A stretch of 64,000 nt of DNA from Minisyncoccota bacterium (lineage in GTDB: Bacteria > Patescibacteriota > Minisyncoccia > Phycocordibacterales > UBA2100). The position numbers were made by a program, and so were the translations under genes. Each line of letters begins with the position of its first letter. Position 1 is the first letter of the stretch. Shown here in pieces: positions 35,933 to 46,097 of this stretch. The notes below the pieces were generated by a model that saw only the letters and a list, made by a program, of their open reading frames with translations, searched no databases and was not told the DNA's origin. The stretch lies in contig JARLIE010000183.1 in assembly GCA_031291875.1 (NCBI GenBank), positions 65,356 through 129,355 of the forward strand, given 5' to 3'.

Positions 35933-36730
35933 ATGTACAACACTGGAGAACTCTACGAACTTTCGTTCGTCGCTCCGAATGAGGGAGCGAAGCCGAGATT
36001 GGTCTTCACGATTGCAACCGTGTATCTAGAGGAGCTTGTCGAGCGGCTGCGCATACTTTCTACGAAGTGGCATTCGCACGCACAAAACTACTGTCACCGC
36101 GATGTCGAGTTCGTACTGTTTTCAAGCGACCTCTTCGGTCGCGTCGAATTCGGCTACGATCGTTGCGGATTCGTAACGACCTCAAACGAAGAAACGCTGC
36201 TGGAGCTGGATCGCGAGAAGCTCCAAGCATCGACCATGACTCTGAAGCTGCTTACGCTTGCGCTCGCCGTCCCAATCAAAAAACAACGCGCTTCCAATCG
36301 GCTGCAACAAATCGATCTGGAACTGCGATGCGATCCGTTCGACATCAACGGCTACAATCATGCCGTCAGCGGCTATGTTTCGGCGCCGATGATAGCCTGG
36401 CTTCGCAAGCAAGGTATGGCCGATTCAATGCGTTTGCCAAAACCCATCCTTGATTCGATGCGCCAAACCTGGAAAGCGGTCTGTCGCGATGGATTGCAGC
36501 ACTGGGCAGCGGAATGCGACGCATGGGTCGATTCCGACGGAAGATTTATGCTGTGCTGTTTCGGGAACGCGTGCGATATCGCGATCTATCCCGACGGAAG
36601 TTGCGGCAAAATGGACGATGCGTACGTGCGTTTTAGCTGTCACAATCTCGACTCCGCGGTGCAACAGGTAACCTTGCTCGCCGGTCTCGCAAAAATGTGC
36701 GAACTTGCGCGCATTCAGGAGGAACTTTGA
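35933..36730 (+). CDS. Hypothetical Cys-rich protein
   Basis: 265-aa ORF with SD GGAG and a downstream terminator-like hairpin (36729..36762). No family recognised. Confidence 0.7.
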   Translation: MYNTGELYELSFVAPNEGAKPRLVFTIATVYLEELVERLRILSTKWHSHAQNYCHRDVEFVLFSSDLFGRVEFGYDRCGFVTTSNEETLLELDREKLQASTMTLKLLTLALAVPIKKQRASNRLQQIDLELRCDPFDINGYNHAVSGYVSAPMIAWLRKQGMADSMRLPKPILDSMRQTWKAVCRDGLQHWAAECDAWVDSDGRFMLCCFGNACDIAIYPDGSCGKMDDAYVRFSCHNLDSAVQQVTLLAGLAKMCELARIQEEL

Positions 36731-36818
36731 GCCGCTCCCATTTGGGGTGCGGCTCTTTTTTTAAAAATTCCACAAACCAAAGGTTTCAGCTTCCGGTATT
36801 GCGCGGTAGAATGCTCGG

Positions 36819-37991
36819 ATGGCCCGCACCGTCTATTGTGGTATCGACATCGGCACGTATCACGTGAAGGTTGTCATTGCCGCGCCGGCAGAAAATCCCG
36901 ATATGCCGATGCAAATTCTCGGCACCGGTACCGCTTCTTCTCGCGGCATGCGCCACGGCTACATCATCGACCGCAATGAAGCGACGAAAAGCGTGAAGGA
37001 AGCGCTCGCCCGCGCCTCGTCTTCGGCACGCGTGCAGATCCGCTCGGCGCGCGTCGGCCTCGGCGGAGTCGGTATCGACGAAATACATTCGACCGGCGAC
37101 GTCACACTCACCCCTTCGGGCGGTATCGTCACCCAACAGCAAATCGATCGCGCCATGCGCGAATCCGAAAAGCGCGCCTCGCCGAAGCTTTCCAATCGCA
37201 CCGTCATCCACACAATCCCCCTCGAGTATCGCGTCGACGGTCAAAAGGTCTATGGCAAACCCGAAGGCATGCAGGGCACCAAACTCGCCATCGATACGCT
37301 CCTTATCACAATGCTCACGCAGCATCATGACGATCTTGTCGAAGCTGTCGAATCCTCCGGCGTCGAAGTAGAAGGCGTAATGGTCGCGCCGCTTGCGGCA
37401 GCGCTCGTTACGTTGACGAAAGCGCAAAAGACGGCCGGTGTCTGCCTCGCCAACATCGGGGCCGAAACGCTTTCCATAATCGTATTCGAGGACGACAACC
37501 CGATTTCAATCAAGGTCTTACCGACCGGCTCAGCAGACATCACCAACACAATCGCGCTCTCGTTCCAGATTCCTCTGCCCGAGGCCGAGCAAATGAAGCG
37601 CGGCGCTGTTACCGGTTCTGAAATTCCGATTAGAAAAATGGACTCGATCGTCCAAAGCCGCTTGAAGGAAATGTTCAAACTTATCGCCGCACATCTCAAA
37701 ACAATCGGTCGCGCGCAACTGCTGCCAGCAGGTATTGTCATCACAGGCGGCGGCTCCGGCATGACTTCGACACAAGAGATTGCAAAGGCAATTTTGAAAC
37801 TCCCCTCGCAGGTTGGGCAGATCGGGCATATGTCTCGCAGTGCGACGGTAGATGCTACCTGGGCGGTCGCGTTCGGCCTTTGCAAATGGGCCTACGCGGA
37901 TGACATGATCGAAAAATCATCCTCGCTCGGCGAGGCGTTCAGTGGATTTTGGGACTCCATCAAACGAGGCATCAAAAACCTGCTGCCATAG
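36819..37991 (+). CDS. ftsA: Cell division protein FtsA
   Basis: GIDIGT, NIGAET, AEQMK, GIVITGGGS. Lies upstream of ftsZ. Confidence 0.93.
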   Translation: MARTVYCGIDIGTYHVKVVIAAPAENPDMPMQILGTGTASSRGMRHGYIIDRNEATKSVKEALARASSSARVQIRSARVGLGGVGIDEIHSTGDVTLTPSGGIVTQQQIDRAMRESEKRASPKLSNRTVIHTIPLEYRVDGQKVYGKPEGMQGTKLAIDTLLITMLTQHHDDLVEAVESSGVEVEGVMVAPLAAALVTLTKAQKTAGVCLANIGAETLSIIVFEDDNPISIKVLPTGSADITNTIALSFQIPLPEAEQMKRGAVTGSEIPIRKMDSIVQSRLKEMFKLIAAHLKTIGRAQLLPAGIVITGGGSGMTSTQEIAKAILKLPSQVGQIGHMSRSATVDATWAVAFGLCKWAYADDMIEKSSSLGEAFSGFWDSIKRGIKNLLP

Positions 37992-38098
37992 CGAAGCGAG
38001 GCGACAACCGCGTGCGTTTGGATAGCTAGATAAGAGGTCATGAATATTCATGACCGTCAAGATTGCCGCAATCTTTAAAGTGCTATCATGCGCTCACT

Positions 38099-39310
38099 AT
38101 GGCAAAAGAAGTGAAGCCTGACGTCGAATCATTCGCCCGCATTCGCGTCGTCGGCGTCGGAGGATCGGGCGGCAATGCCGTCAACCACATGGTCCAATCC
38201 AAAGTTGAGGGCGTCGACTTTATCGCAGTGAACACTGACGCACAGGATCTCCACAAAAATCGCGCAAAGAAAAAGATTCATATTGGCAAGACGCTGACCC
38301 GCGGCCTCGGCACGGGCATGAACCCGGATCTCGGCAAGCAAGCCGCAGACGAAACACGCGAAGATATTCAAGATGCCCTCAAGGGCAGTGACATGGTGTT
38401 CATCACCTGCGGTATGGGAGGCGGCACTGGCACCGGCGCCGCGCCGATCGTCGCCAAAGTGGCACGCGAACTCGGTGCACTCACTGTCGGCGTCGTCACT
38501 CGCCCCTTTGCCTTTGAAGGCGCGCAGCGCATGCGTCTTGCGGAAAACGGCCTCGCCGAGCTTCGCAAAGCGGTGGACGCGCTCATCATCATCCCCAACG
38601 ATAAACTTTTGCAAATCGTTTCTCGCGACACGGGCATCAAGAACGCCTTTGCGATGTGCGACGACATTTTGAAGCAGGCAGTCGAGGGTATCTCCGACCT
38701 CATTACACAAACTGGCATCATCAACGTCGACTTCGCCGACGTGCGCTCGATCATGCAAAACGCCGGTAGCGCCCTTATGGGTATCGGCCTCGCGATGGGC
38801 GACAAGCGCGCAGAGCTCGCAGCGAAAGCGGCGATCAACTCACCACTACTCGAAGTCTCGATCAATGGCGCAAAGGGAGTGCTCTTCTCGATCGCAGGCG
38901 GCGAAGACCTCGGCATGCTCGAAGTCCAAGACGCAGCGAATGTCATCACCGAAGCGATCGACCCGGATGCCAAAGTCATCTTCGGCGCAGTCACGGACGA
39001 GACACTCAAAAAAGGACAAGTTCGCGTCACCGTTATCGCGACCGGTTTTCCGGAGAGCTCCAATCGTGCCCCCTCCCTTTTTACTTCCAAAACTCCTCGC
39101 AAAGAAGACGTTCCGCCAGCATCTGCAAAAGAGCGCGGCGAGTTTATCAAGGAACGCATCGTTATCGACGACACCGCTCCAAAGAAACCCGAACCGCCGA
39201 AAGAGCAACCTAGGCCGGAACCAATTCGCATTGTCGATACCACGACCCTTGGTAACGACGACGATGACGACGCATGGGGAGGCTTGCCTTCCTTCTTGAG
39301 GCGCAAATAG
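38099..39310 (+). CDS. ftsZ: Cell division protein FtsZ
   Basis: GGGTGTG, INVDFAD, C-terminal LPSFLRRK. Confidence 0.97.
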   Translation: MAKEVKPDVESFARIRVVGVGGSGGNAVNHMVQSKVEGVDFIAVNTDAQDLHKNRAKKKIHIGKTLTRGLGTGMNPDLGKQAADETREDIQDALKGSDMVFITCGMGGGTGTGAAPIVAKVARELGALTVGVVTRPFAFEGAQRMRLAENGLAELRKAVDALIIIPNDKLLQIVSRDTGIKNAFAMCDDILKQAVEGISDLITQTGIINVDFADVRSIMQNAGSALMGIGLAMGDKRAELAAKAAINSPLLEVSINGAKGVLFSIAGGEDLGMLEVQDAANVITEAIDPDAKVIFGAVTDETLKKGQVRVTVIATGFPESSNRAPSLFTSKTPRKEDVPPASAKERGEFIKERIVIDDTAPKKPEPPKEQPRPEPIRIVDTTTLGNDDDDDAWGGLPSFLRRK

Positions 39311-39356
39311 GTTTGCGCTCTCGCTAGTGACATTAAATACGCTATACTGACAGCGC

Positions 39357-40289
39357 ATGAACGGCTCAAACTACGAACTCATCATCGTGGGCGGTGGTCC
39401 CGCAGGGGCTGCCGCAGCCATCTATGCCGCTCGTAAGCGGCTCAAGACCCTTTTCATTACCAACGAATGGGGCGGCCAATCGACCGTATCAACGGATATT
39501 CAAAATTGGATCGGCACTCCCTCTATTTCCGGTGCCGACCTTGCTAAAAACCTGAAGGCACACGTCGAAGCACAGGCCAACGAATGCCTCACGATTCTTT
39601 CCCCTGCACTCGCGAGCTCGCTCGAACCGAAAGAAGACAGTGTCGAAGTAACGACCAACAAGGGCGTGTTTTCGGCGAAGTCACTCCTAATCACCACGGG
39701 CGCACAGCGTCGCAAGCTCGACGTTCCCGGCGCGGAAACTTACGATCAAAAAGGTCTTACCTACTGCGCCTCCTGCGACGGCCCTCTCTTTGCCGATAAG
39801 GATGTTGTCGTGGTCGGTGGTGGAAATGCCGCCTTCGAAACCGCCTTGCAGCTCCTCGCTTACTGCAAAACAGTCACCCTTCTCAATCGTACCGAGACAT
39901 TTAAGGCCGATGAGGTCACCGTCGCGTCGGTCGCGGCGCACGCGAATATGCGAATCGTCAAAAACGCTATCCCAATAGAAGTCGTCGGTACCCAATTTGT
40001 AACTGGTATCAAATACAAGGACGCGACCAACGGACAAGAAACACTGCTTCCTGTCGAAGGTGTATTCGTCGAAATCGGCCTTTTGCCCAACACCGACTGG
40101 ATCGGCGACAAGCTCAAGATGAACCCCATCAAACAAATCAAGATTGATCCACGCACGCAGCGCACGATGAACCCGATGATTTGGGCGGCGGGCGATTGCA
40201 CCGACGGCCTATATCACCAAAACAACATCGCTGCTGGCGATGCCGTCAAAGCCCTCGAAGATATTTACATGGCGCTCCACAGAAACTAA
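39357..40289 (+). CDS. trxB: Thioredoxin reductase / AhpF-like FAD oxidoreductase
   Basis: GGGPAG, YCASCDG, VGGGNAA, AAGD. Confidence 0.88.
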   Translation: MNGSNYELIIVGGGPAGAAAAIYAARKRLKTLFITNEWGGQSTVSTDIQNWIGTPSISGADLAKNLKAHVEAQANECLTILSPALASSLEPKEDSVEVTTNKGVFSAKSLLITTGAQRRKLDVPGAETYDQKGLTYCASCDGPLFADKDVVVVGGGNAAFETALQLLAYCKTVTLLNRTETFKADEVTVASVAAHANMRIVKNAIPIEVVGTQFVTGIKYKDATNGQETLLPVEGVFVEIGLLPNTDWIGDKLKMNPIKQIKIDPRTQRTMNPMIWAAGDCTDGLYHQNNIAAGDAVKALEDIYMALHRN

Positions 40290-40373
40290 ACAGTTTCTGT
40301 CATACTGCAGCACACAATTTGGTCACCGGCTTTCTCGACCACTCTCTCGCCACTTTTAAATTGGATTTAATTT

Positions 40374-40862
40374 CTATTGGGCAACGACGGTGATCGTGCC
40401 AACTGCGCTGTGGTCGAGGTGATTGTGGTAGCCCCACGAACCAACTTTGTTGAAGGTAAAACTAAAGGATGTCCCTGCCGCACACTGATCAAAAGGTGCG
40501 GTACCCGCATAGGTCGACGAACAGTGTTGTTGCATGGTCGTACCGTCATAGCCGTTGTGGATGGGGTGCGGATCCGAGGCAACCCACATAGCGCCGGCAT
40601 TTGAGACGAACGTAACTGTACCGCCTTGAGCAATAGTTACACTGGATGGAGAAAAGCCTGAGCCGTCGAATGTTACAGTCGCGCTTTTTTGTGCTTGAGA
40701 TGCGACGCCCGATTGGGCCTGCGTGGAGGTCGTCGGAGTTTGTGTAAACGGCGCGACTGCCGCACCAGATGTGGTAGCTTGAGACGAGGACCACCACCAG
40801 TATGCTCCAATGATCACCAGTACGACGATAATCGCCCAAACAATCTGCTGAAACCTACTCAT
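40374..40862 (-). CDS. Membrane-anchored cupredoxin-fold protein
   Basis: GFSPSSVTIAQGGTVTF...HPIH...SFSFTFNKVGSWGYHNH. Confidence 0.75.
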   Translation of the reverse strand: MSRFQQIVWAIIVVLVIIGAYWWWSSSQATTSGAAVAPFTQTPTTSTQAQSGVASQAQKSATVTFDGSGFSPSSVTIAQGGTVTFVSNAGAMWVASDPHPIHNGYDGTTMQQHCSSTYAGTAPFDQCAAGTSFSFTFNKVGSWGYHNHLDHSAVGTITVVAQ

Positions 40863-40887
40863 AAGAGAAAAGTATAGCACTGAAGGA

Positions 40888-41511
40888 TTATGCCTTGTGT
40901 GCCAAGAATTCGCGGCCATGACCGAGATCGGTATTGACCGGAATTCCTCGTTCGCAGAGTTCGCATCGATCCTGCGGCCATTGTTCGAGCTGGAGCGTCA
41001 CGAGCGATTCGAAATGGGGCACTCCGACGTCTTCGTTGCGAACACTGCCTCGATTGCAAATAGCGATCGCGCCGACTATTTCCGCGCCGGCGATCCTAGC
41101 GACATCAATAACCTTACGCATCGAGCCGCCAGTCGTCACGCTGTCTTCGACAATAAGTACGCGCTTGCCCGCAATAAGCTTGTCATACCCTCGTTTGATG
41201 ATGAAACCGCCTTGACCGTCTTTGTCCGCATAGGTCGCGAAGACTTCCCTCCCGAGGCGTTCGCTCAAATGATAGGCCGTCCACTGAGAAAGAATCGCCG
41301 CCCCGACAGCAGGACCGATAACCGCATCGACGTTAAACGAGGCGAAGCGATTGGCCATCTCTTTGCAAAGTTTCGATATTTCGCGCGTGTACGGATACAG
41401 CGCATCTTTGTTAACGTAGGTTTCGCTGTGCTTTCCCGAAATGAAAACGAAATGCCCTGTTCTAAAAACTCCCGCATTCTGCAATAGTTCCAAAACTTCC
41501 GAATCAGACAT
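40888..41511 (-). CDS. pyrE: Orotate phosphoribosyltransferase
   Basis: GHFVFISGKHS..YVNK and PRPP motif VLIVEDSVTTGGS. Adjacent to pyrF. Confidence 0.85.
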   Translation of the reverse strand: MSDSEVLELLQNAGVFRTGHFVFISGKHSETYVNKDALYPYTREISKLCKEMANRFASFNVDAVIGPAVGAAILSQWTAYHLSERLGREVFATYADKDGQGGFIIKRGYDKLIAGKRVLIVEDSVTTGGSMRKVIDVARIAGAEIVGAIAICNRGSVRNEDVGVPHFESLVTLQLEQWPQDRCELCERGIPVNTDLGHGREFLAHKA

Positions 41512-41577
41512 TAGGCGCAATTATGGACGAGAGACGCGCAGATGCAAGTGTATAAAACTGTGCACATCATCGGCTCT

Positions 41578-42399
41578 TCATACAGCGGTGCGTATTGCTG
41601 TATCGAGCTCGAGCGCTGCCTTTTGCGCCGCTTCGGCGAAGTCGAGCCCTCTCGAGGCGTACATGATAGACCTCGAGGCGCAGATCAAAAATGCTCCTTC
41701 TTGTTCTTTTGCTGCAGCGACTGCAGCCCGAAGATCACCTCCCTGCGCACCGATTCCGGGAATCAAAAAGGGTACTCCCGGCGCAACCTTGCGTACGGCG
41801 GCTATTTCTGTGGGATAGGTGGCACCGACTACCAACCCGCAATTTCCGTTGCCATTCCAAGCGCTTGCGACGCGTTTTGCCACATGTAGGTAGAGCGGCT
41901 CTTCCCCTACCGATAGATGCTGCAGTTCGCCAGCGCCCGGATTCGAGGTGCGACAAAGAATGAATATGCCTTTATCCTTACGATCGAGAAAAGGCTGGAG
42001 CGCTTCTGCGCCAAGATAGGGATGCAGCGTTATCGCGTCGGCTCGTAACTGCTCGAAAGCGAAAGAAACATACCCGAGATTCGTGTTCCCGATGTCCGCA
42101 CGCTTTGCATCGAGGATCAGGGCCACTTCGGGAGCATGTTCGAGAATGTAAAAACAGGTTTCTTGGAGCGCCGCAAATCCTTCGTCGCCATGCGCCTCAT
42201 AGAAAGCGGTGTTCGGTTTGTATCCGCAAGCGATTGTTTTGGTCGCATCGATTATTGCGCGGTTGAATGCAACGATGGTTTCGCGAACACTGGATTTGCG
42301 AAGGCTTTCAGGAATCTTTTCGTATTCCGGGTCGAGCCCTACGCAAAGGTACTTACCTTCGTTCCAGTTATTTCGCAAGAGTTCATTGAAGTTTCGCAT
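41578..42399 (-). CDS. pyrF: Orotidine-5'-phosphate decarboxylase
   Basis: LCVGLDP, YKPNTAFYE, DAKRADIGNT, RTSNP, PGIGAQGG. Confidence 0.95.
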   Translation of the reverse strand: MRNFNELLRNNWNEGKYLCVGLDPEYEKIPESLRKSSVRETIVAFNRAIIDATKTIACGYKPNTAFYEAHGDEGFAALQETCFYILEHAPEVALILDAKRADIGNTNLGYVSFAFEQLRADAITLHPYLGAEALQPFLDRKDKGIFILCRTSNPGAGELQHLSVGEEPLYLHVAKRVASAWNGNGNCGLVVGATYPTEIAAVRKVAPGVPFLIPGIGAQGGDLRAAVAAAKEQEGAFLICASRSIMYASRGLDFAEAAQKAALELDTAIRTAV

Positions 42400-42417
42400 C
42401 GCGGCAATCCTATCACA

Positions 42418-43515
42418 TCAGAAGGTATCGGTGAGCGGTGAACCGAGTCCTGTCACGTAATCATAGTGCTTTCGAGCAGTGCAAAGGTACCCACATGCGC
42501 CGTTGGTACCACTTACAATATCGCGGAAGTAATTGGCAGCATTAGGTGCCGCTTTGTCCGCGTAGAGCTGCTGAAGGTTGCTCCCGTGACCGAGCGCCGC
42601 TATCGCAGCCCACTGCGGGGCGCCAGCCGAGGTGCCGCCGACTTCCCGCCACTTGCCCTTGTAGTAGATTGGGAAACCCGAGGATGGATCAGCGTCGTAC
42701 GATACGTCGGGAATGGCTCGCATGCCGCCCGCGCGCGGAATAGTAAATCCGGACTGATACGGCGGTTCTTTTTCGTACGCGGAAATACCACCTCCAGAGC
42801 CGCTCCAGGCTGTTTCGTTTTGCTGATCGCCGCTTGCGGAAATAGCGACGTGTGTGCCACCGACGCCGATCACCTCCGGCGAAGCGGCTGGCCACGAAAC
42901 GCCCGAGCCCTTGTCGCCGGAGGAGGCAAAAAACACCGCACCTGAGCCGCTCTTGAAATGCGAATCCAGTGACGTTTCTTCGGGAAACTCTTCTCCTCCC
43001 CAGCTCATCGAGACGGCGATTACGTCCTTTTGAGAAGCGGCGTAATCGACCGCTTTTAGCAGATTCGCGCCGCTTTGTGTCGTTGCCTCGACGAGTAGTA
43101 TCTTCGCGTTGGGAGCAATCGCATGCGCCCACTCGACGTCGAGCGACGTTTCGAGATCCCAACCGCTGTTTGTTCCTTCTTTTGTGCTCATTAGGTGCTG
43201 CGCGAAGCAGCCACTCGCCTTCGTACACGCGGGCAGATTGAACTGCTTATCGAACGCGGCAAGATCGGACTCAATCGTTGCATCGTTGTACGCGCCGATA
43301 ATGGCAATCGTTCCATGGCCACCGGAGGATGGAAGGTGGTAGATCCGCTTGATTTGATCGGGCGTCATACCGATCGGAAATTGGGTCCAGGTTCCGAGTG
43401 AGTGGATCGGTGGCGTTCCTTTGAAGTTCGTAAAATGGTACGCCGCGCTCGCCGTTCGCGGAATGATAAAAAGGAGCATGAGTAACACGGACAATGATGC
43501 GGTTAGGATGTTCAT
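42418..43515 (-). CDS. Secreted S53 (sedolisin-like) peptidase
   Basis: ETSLDVE, SSGDKG, GGTSAGAP, YDYVTGLGSP. Confidence 0.9.
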   Translation of the reverse strand: MNILTASLSVLLMLLFIIPRTASAAYHFTNFKGTPPIHSLGTWTQFPIGMTPDQIKRIYHLPSSGGHGTIAIIGAYNDATIESDLAAFDKQFNLPACTKASGCFAQHLMSTKEGTNSGWDLETSLDVEWAHAIAPNAKILLVEATTQSGANLLKAVDYAASQKDVIAVSMSWGGEEFPEETSLDSHFKSGSGAVFFASSGDKGSGVSWPAASPEVIGVGGTHVAISASGDQQNETAWSGSGGGISAYEKEPPYQSGFTIPRAGGMRAIPDVSYDADPSSGFPIYYKGKWREVGGTSAGAPQWAAIAALGHGSNLQQLYADKAAPNAANYFRDIVSGTNGACGYLCTARKHYDYVTGLGSPLTDTF

Positions 43516-43623
43516 GCCAAAATTATAGCGAGCGGGCGGTCATGGAAACTTAAGGGGAAGTTCAAAAAAGTATGAAGACGCCGATGCTGCGGGCTTCGCG
43601 GGGATGTGGTACCCTGGCGGCAT

Positions 43624-44013
43624 ATGTTGATCCGAACCTGTATGGCCAAAATTCACCGGGCCACTGTTACCGAAGCTGATCTTAACTACGTCGGCTCGAT
43701 TACTATCGACGAAGATCTTTTGGACGCCGCCGGCATCAAACCGTTTCAGTACGTAATCATTACCAGCCTCGCCAACGGTACGTTTTGGCAAACGTACGCT
43801 ATTGCCGGCCCGCGCGGAAAGGGCGGTATTTGCCTCAACGGTTCACCTGCGCACCATTTCAAACCAGGCGACATGGTCATCATCCTCGCGGAAGCGTGGC
43901 TCGAACCAAGCGAGCTGCAAAACCTCACGCCGACCATCGTATTCGTTGACAGCAACAACAAGATCACGGACGTGAAAAAACACTCGTTGCTTCCTCACGA
44001 CGCGAAAGCCTAA
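43624..44013 (+). CDS. panD: Aspartate 1-decarboxylase (PanD)-like pyruvoyl enzyme
   Basis: KIHRATVTEADLNYVG/SITID self-cleavage site, TYAI, ICLNG, PGDMVII. Confidence 0.85.
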   Translation: MLIRTCMAKIHRATVTEADLNYVGSITIDEDLLDAAGIKPFQYVIITSLANGTFWQTYAIAGPRGKGGICLNGSPAHHFKPGDMVIILAEAWLEPSELQNLTPTIVFVDSNNKITDVKKHSLLPHDAKA

Positions 44014-44024
44014 CGTACCTCATA

Positions 44025-44054
44025 AAAAAGGCGCCTATCGATAGGCGCCTTTTT
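44025..44054. terminator. Bidirectional terminator (perfect 30-bp palindrome)
   Basis: AAAAAGGCGCCTATCGATAGGCGCCTTTTT between convergent genes. Confidence 0.8.
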
Positions 44055-44068
44055 GCTTGTGATTCGTA

Positions 44069-44923
44069 TTAATTACCCTGCGTGACCGAACCGTCTTCGC
44101 TCACATGGACTCCCTGAATCAGACCCTGGCTTTGTCCGTTGCCTTCGTGATTGCCACAGCCCGGCAGGATGACATGGACTTGGAAGAGTCCTCCGAGGCC
44201 ACCTTGCTCACCATCGTTCATCGGGCACGGGTAGATCGGCGCGCTCGTGCTGCCGTTCATCCAACCATGTTCGCCGCCCGGCATCGTGCTTGTTCCTTCC
44301 AGATGCATCATGAACCCGACCGTCGAGGAGCCGATCGTCATGTGATCTTGCTCTCCTTGGCCTTGTTCTTGACCGTTGCCGTTAGCATTGTCATTGCCGT
44401 TGCCGTCTTCGCAATGAACACCTACGTATCTGCGCGTCAAAGGACCGAAAAAGCCGCTTGCGCTCGAGGTTGCGGCGATACCAAAGTGCATTTGATACTC
44501 CTGAAGCGCGTGTGCCGTCATAGGACCAAAGAATCCGGTACTGCTTGCCGAAAAGAATCCAGCGCCCTGTAGCATTTGCTGAAGTTGAGCAACATCGTCA
44601 CCTTCGGATCCGACCGAAAGGTCACGACTAAAAACTGAGCAGTTCCCGTTGGAACTCAACATGCCTGGCGTGGTGCTCGCCATCCAGCTCGGGCGAGTAG
44701 TGGTGCCGTTCATCCATATCATATTCGTTGAGCTCGGTGCGACGGACTGGATGAGCGATTTTAGCTGCTGCTGGAGCGCGGTAATCTGGCTCAAAAGCGA
44801 CTGTACCTGGAGATCGATGGTCGAGCTGCCAGTTACATTGACCTGTGCCAGAGCGAGCGTCGGGGCAAACAGTGAAAACGCGAGTAATAGACCCGTAATA
44901 CGATGGTATTTTTGCATATACAT
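44069..44923 (-). CDS. Secreted peptidoglycan-binding (PG_binding_1) protein
   Basis: Signal peptide, FSRDLSVGSEGDDVAQLQQML...TGFFGPMT..AL..YQ...GFFGPLTR. Confidence 0.85.
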   Translation of the reverse strand: MYMQKYHRITGLLLAFSLFAPTLALAQVNVTGSSTIDLQVQSLLSQITALQQQLKSLIQSVAPSSTNMIWMNGTTTRPSWMASTTPGMLSSNGNCSVFSRDLSVGSEGDDVAQLQQMLQGAGFFSASSTGFFGPMTAHALQEYQMHFGIAATSSASGFFGPLTRRYVGVHCEDGNGNDNANGNGQEQGQGEQDHMTIGSSTVGFMMHLEGTSTMPGGEHGWMNGSTSAPIYPCPMNDGEQGGLGGLFQVHVILPGCGNHEGNGQSQGLIQGVHVSEDGSVTQGN

Positions 44924-45029
44924 GAATTGTACTGCATAGAACTAGCGCCCTATTTCTTCATGTTGATAAACGGATCCCCTGCTAAAAAACTGCACCACAC
45001 CAGAAGAACTGTCCTGGTACAATAAAGCT

Positions 45030-46085
45030 ATGAGCTTTTCGTATCCACGCGTTGTCGTGGCCGTGTTTGCGAGTATCTTTGCTTCCCTAGGCATGGCCGG
45101 TAGTTCGTACGCGCAATCGATTTCGGCGCAGGATGCGCCCGTTACCTCCGCTTCTGAAGCAACGGCTTGCCAGCAGGAGATTGCAACGGCTGCATCACGC
45201 GGATACCCCGATACACAGAGCATAATCATCGATCAAGGCACTCTGCAATTCGAGGACCATTGTGTTGCGGCAGTATTCAACCCTGCGGCCGCTAGTTTAG
45301 GTCCGCATAACCCGGGCAGCTATATGTGCGTCGGCAAAAGCGCAAAGGTTATCGTATCCAGCATTGGCGTAATAACCGAAGCAGCAACACCAGATCCTGC
45401 GGTACCCGCGGGAAGCTGTCTCGCTAGTGCATGCGACGCTCCAGGAGGTAGCGGCTGTATGGCGGCAACTAACGTAACCAGTCCAAATAGCGCATTCGAA
45501 AGCTCTATGCCCTCGGCGCCAACCTCAGTTACACCAGATCAAGGCATTACCGACGTGTCTGTAAACTCGGATGCCGGGATCGCGAGCCAGTCCGGAAACT
45601 CCGTAACCAGTTTCCAATCAGATGTCGGCTCTGTAAGCGGTGAAACTTCGGCAATGGGAGAAGCGCAACCTGTCTCGTGGACCCAACCCTCGGAAACTTT
45701 TACGAGTCCCGCTGAATCACCCGCAAGCGTGCAGCCGGAAACGAGCGCAAATACAGTCACGGATGTCTCAGCAACTCCCGATACGTCCGCAGCAACGACG
45801 GACGTTTCGCCGCCGCAAGCGTCCGCTCAATCAACAAATACGACCATGCCCGACCAAACGATAGCGCAACCGACGGTCAGCGATGCAGGAACCTCTCCAA
45901 ACTCCTCTGGCATCGACCTTTCGCATGCACAGACGCAGTCGCAGAGCTGGATCGATAGAGCTGGTTCGACCTTAATGAATGACGGTATCAAGGTCGTCAA
46001 CGATGTTCGTTCGTTTCTCGGTATGCAGCCGCTCAACATGGGCGCCCCCGCCGTCGAACCTTCCACAATGGGAGTTCGAGGATAG
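45030..46085 (+). CDS. Secreted hypothetical protein: Cys-rich domain plus Ser/Thr/Pro-rich stalk
   Basis: Signal peptide, six Cys in the N-terminal half, low-complexity C-terminal half. Confidence 0.7.
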   Translation: MSFSYPRVVVAVFASIFASLGMAGSSYAQSISAQDAPVTSASEATACQQEIATAASRGYPDTQSIIIDQGTLQFEDHCVAAVFNPAAASLGPHNPGSYMCVGKSAKVIVSSIGVITEAATPDPAVPAGSCLASACDAPGGSGCMAATNVTSPNSAFESSMPSAPTSVTPDQGITDVSVNSDAGIASQSGNSVTSFQSDVGSVSGETSAMGEAQPVSWTQPSETFTSPAESPASVQPETSANTVTDVSATPDTSAATTDVSPPQASAQSTNTTMPDQTIAQPTVSDAGTSPNSSGIDLSHAQTQSQSWIDRAGSTLMNDGIKVVNDVRSFLGMQPLNMGAPAVEPSTMGVRG

Positions 46086-46097
46086 CTACTACTGGAG

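Noticed and set aside
38368-39369. Long antisense ORFs such as 333 aa opposite ftsZ, 329 aa opposite the SBP and 268 aa opposite gyrA
   Set aside because: These are expected shadows of GC-rich codon bias on the opposite strand of well-supported genes, and they carry no motifs.
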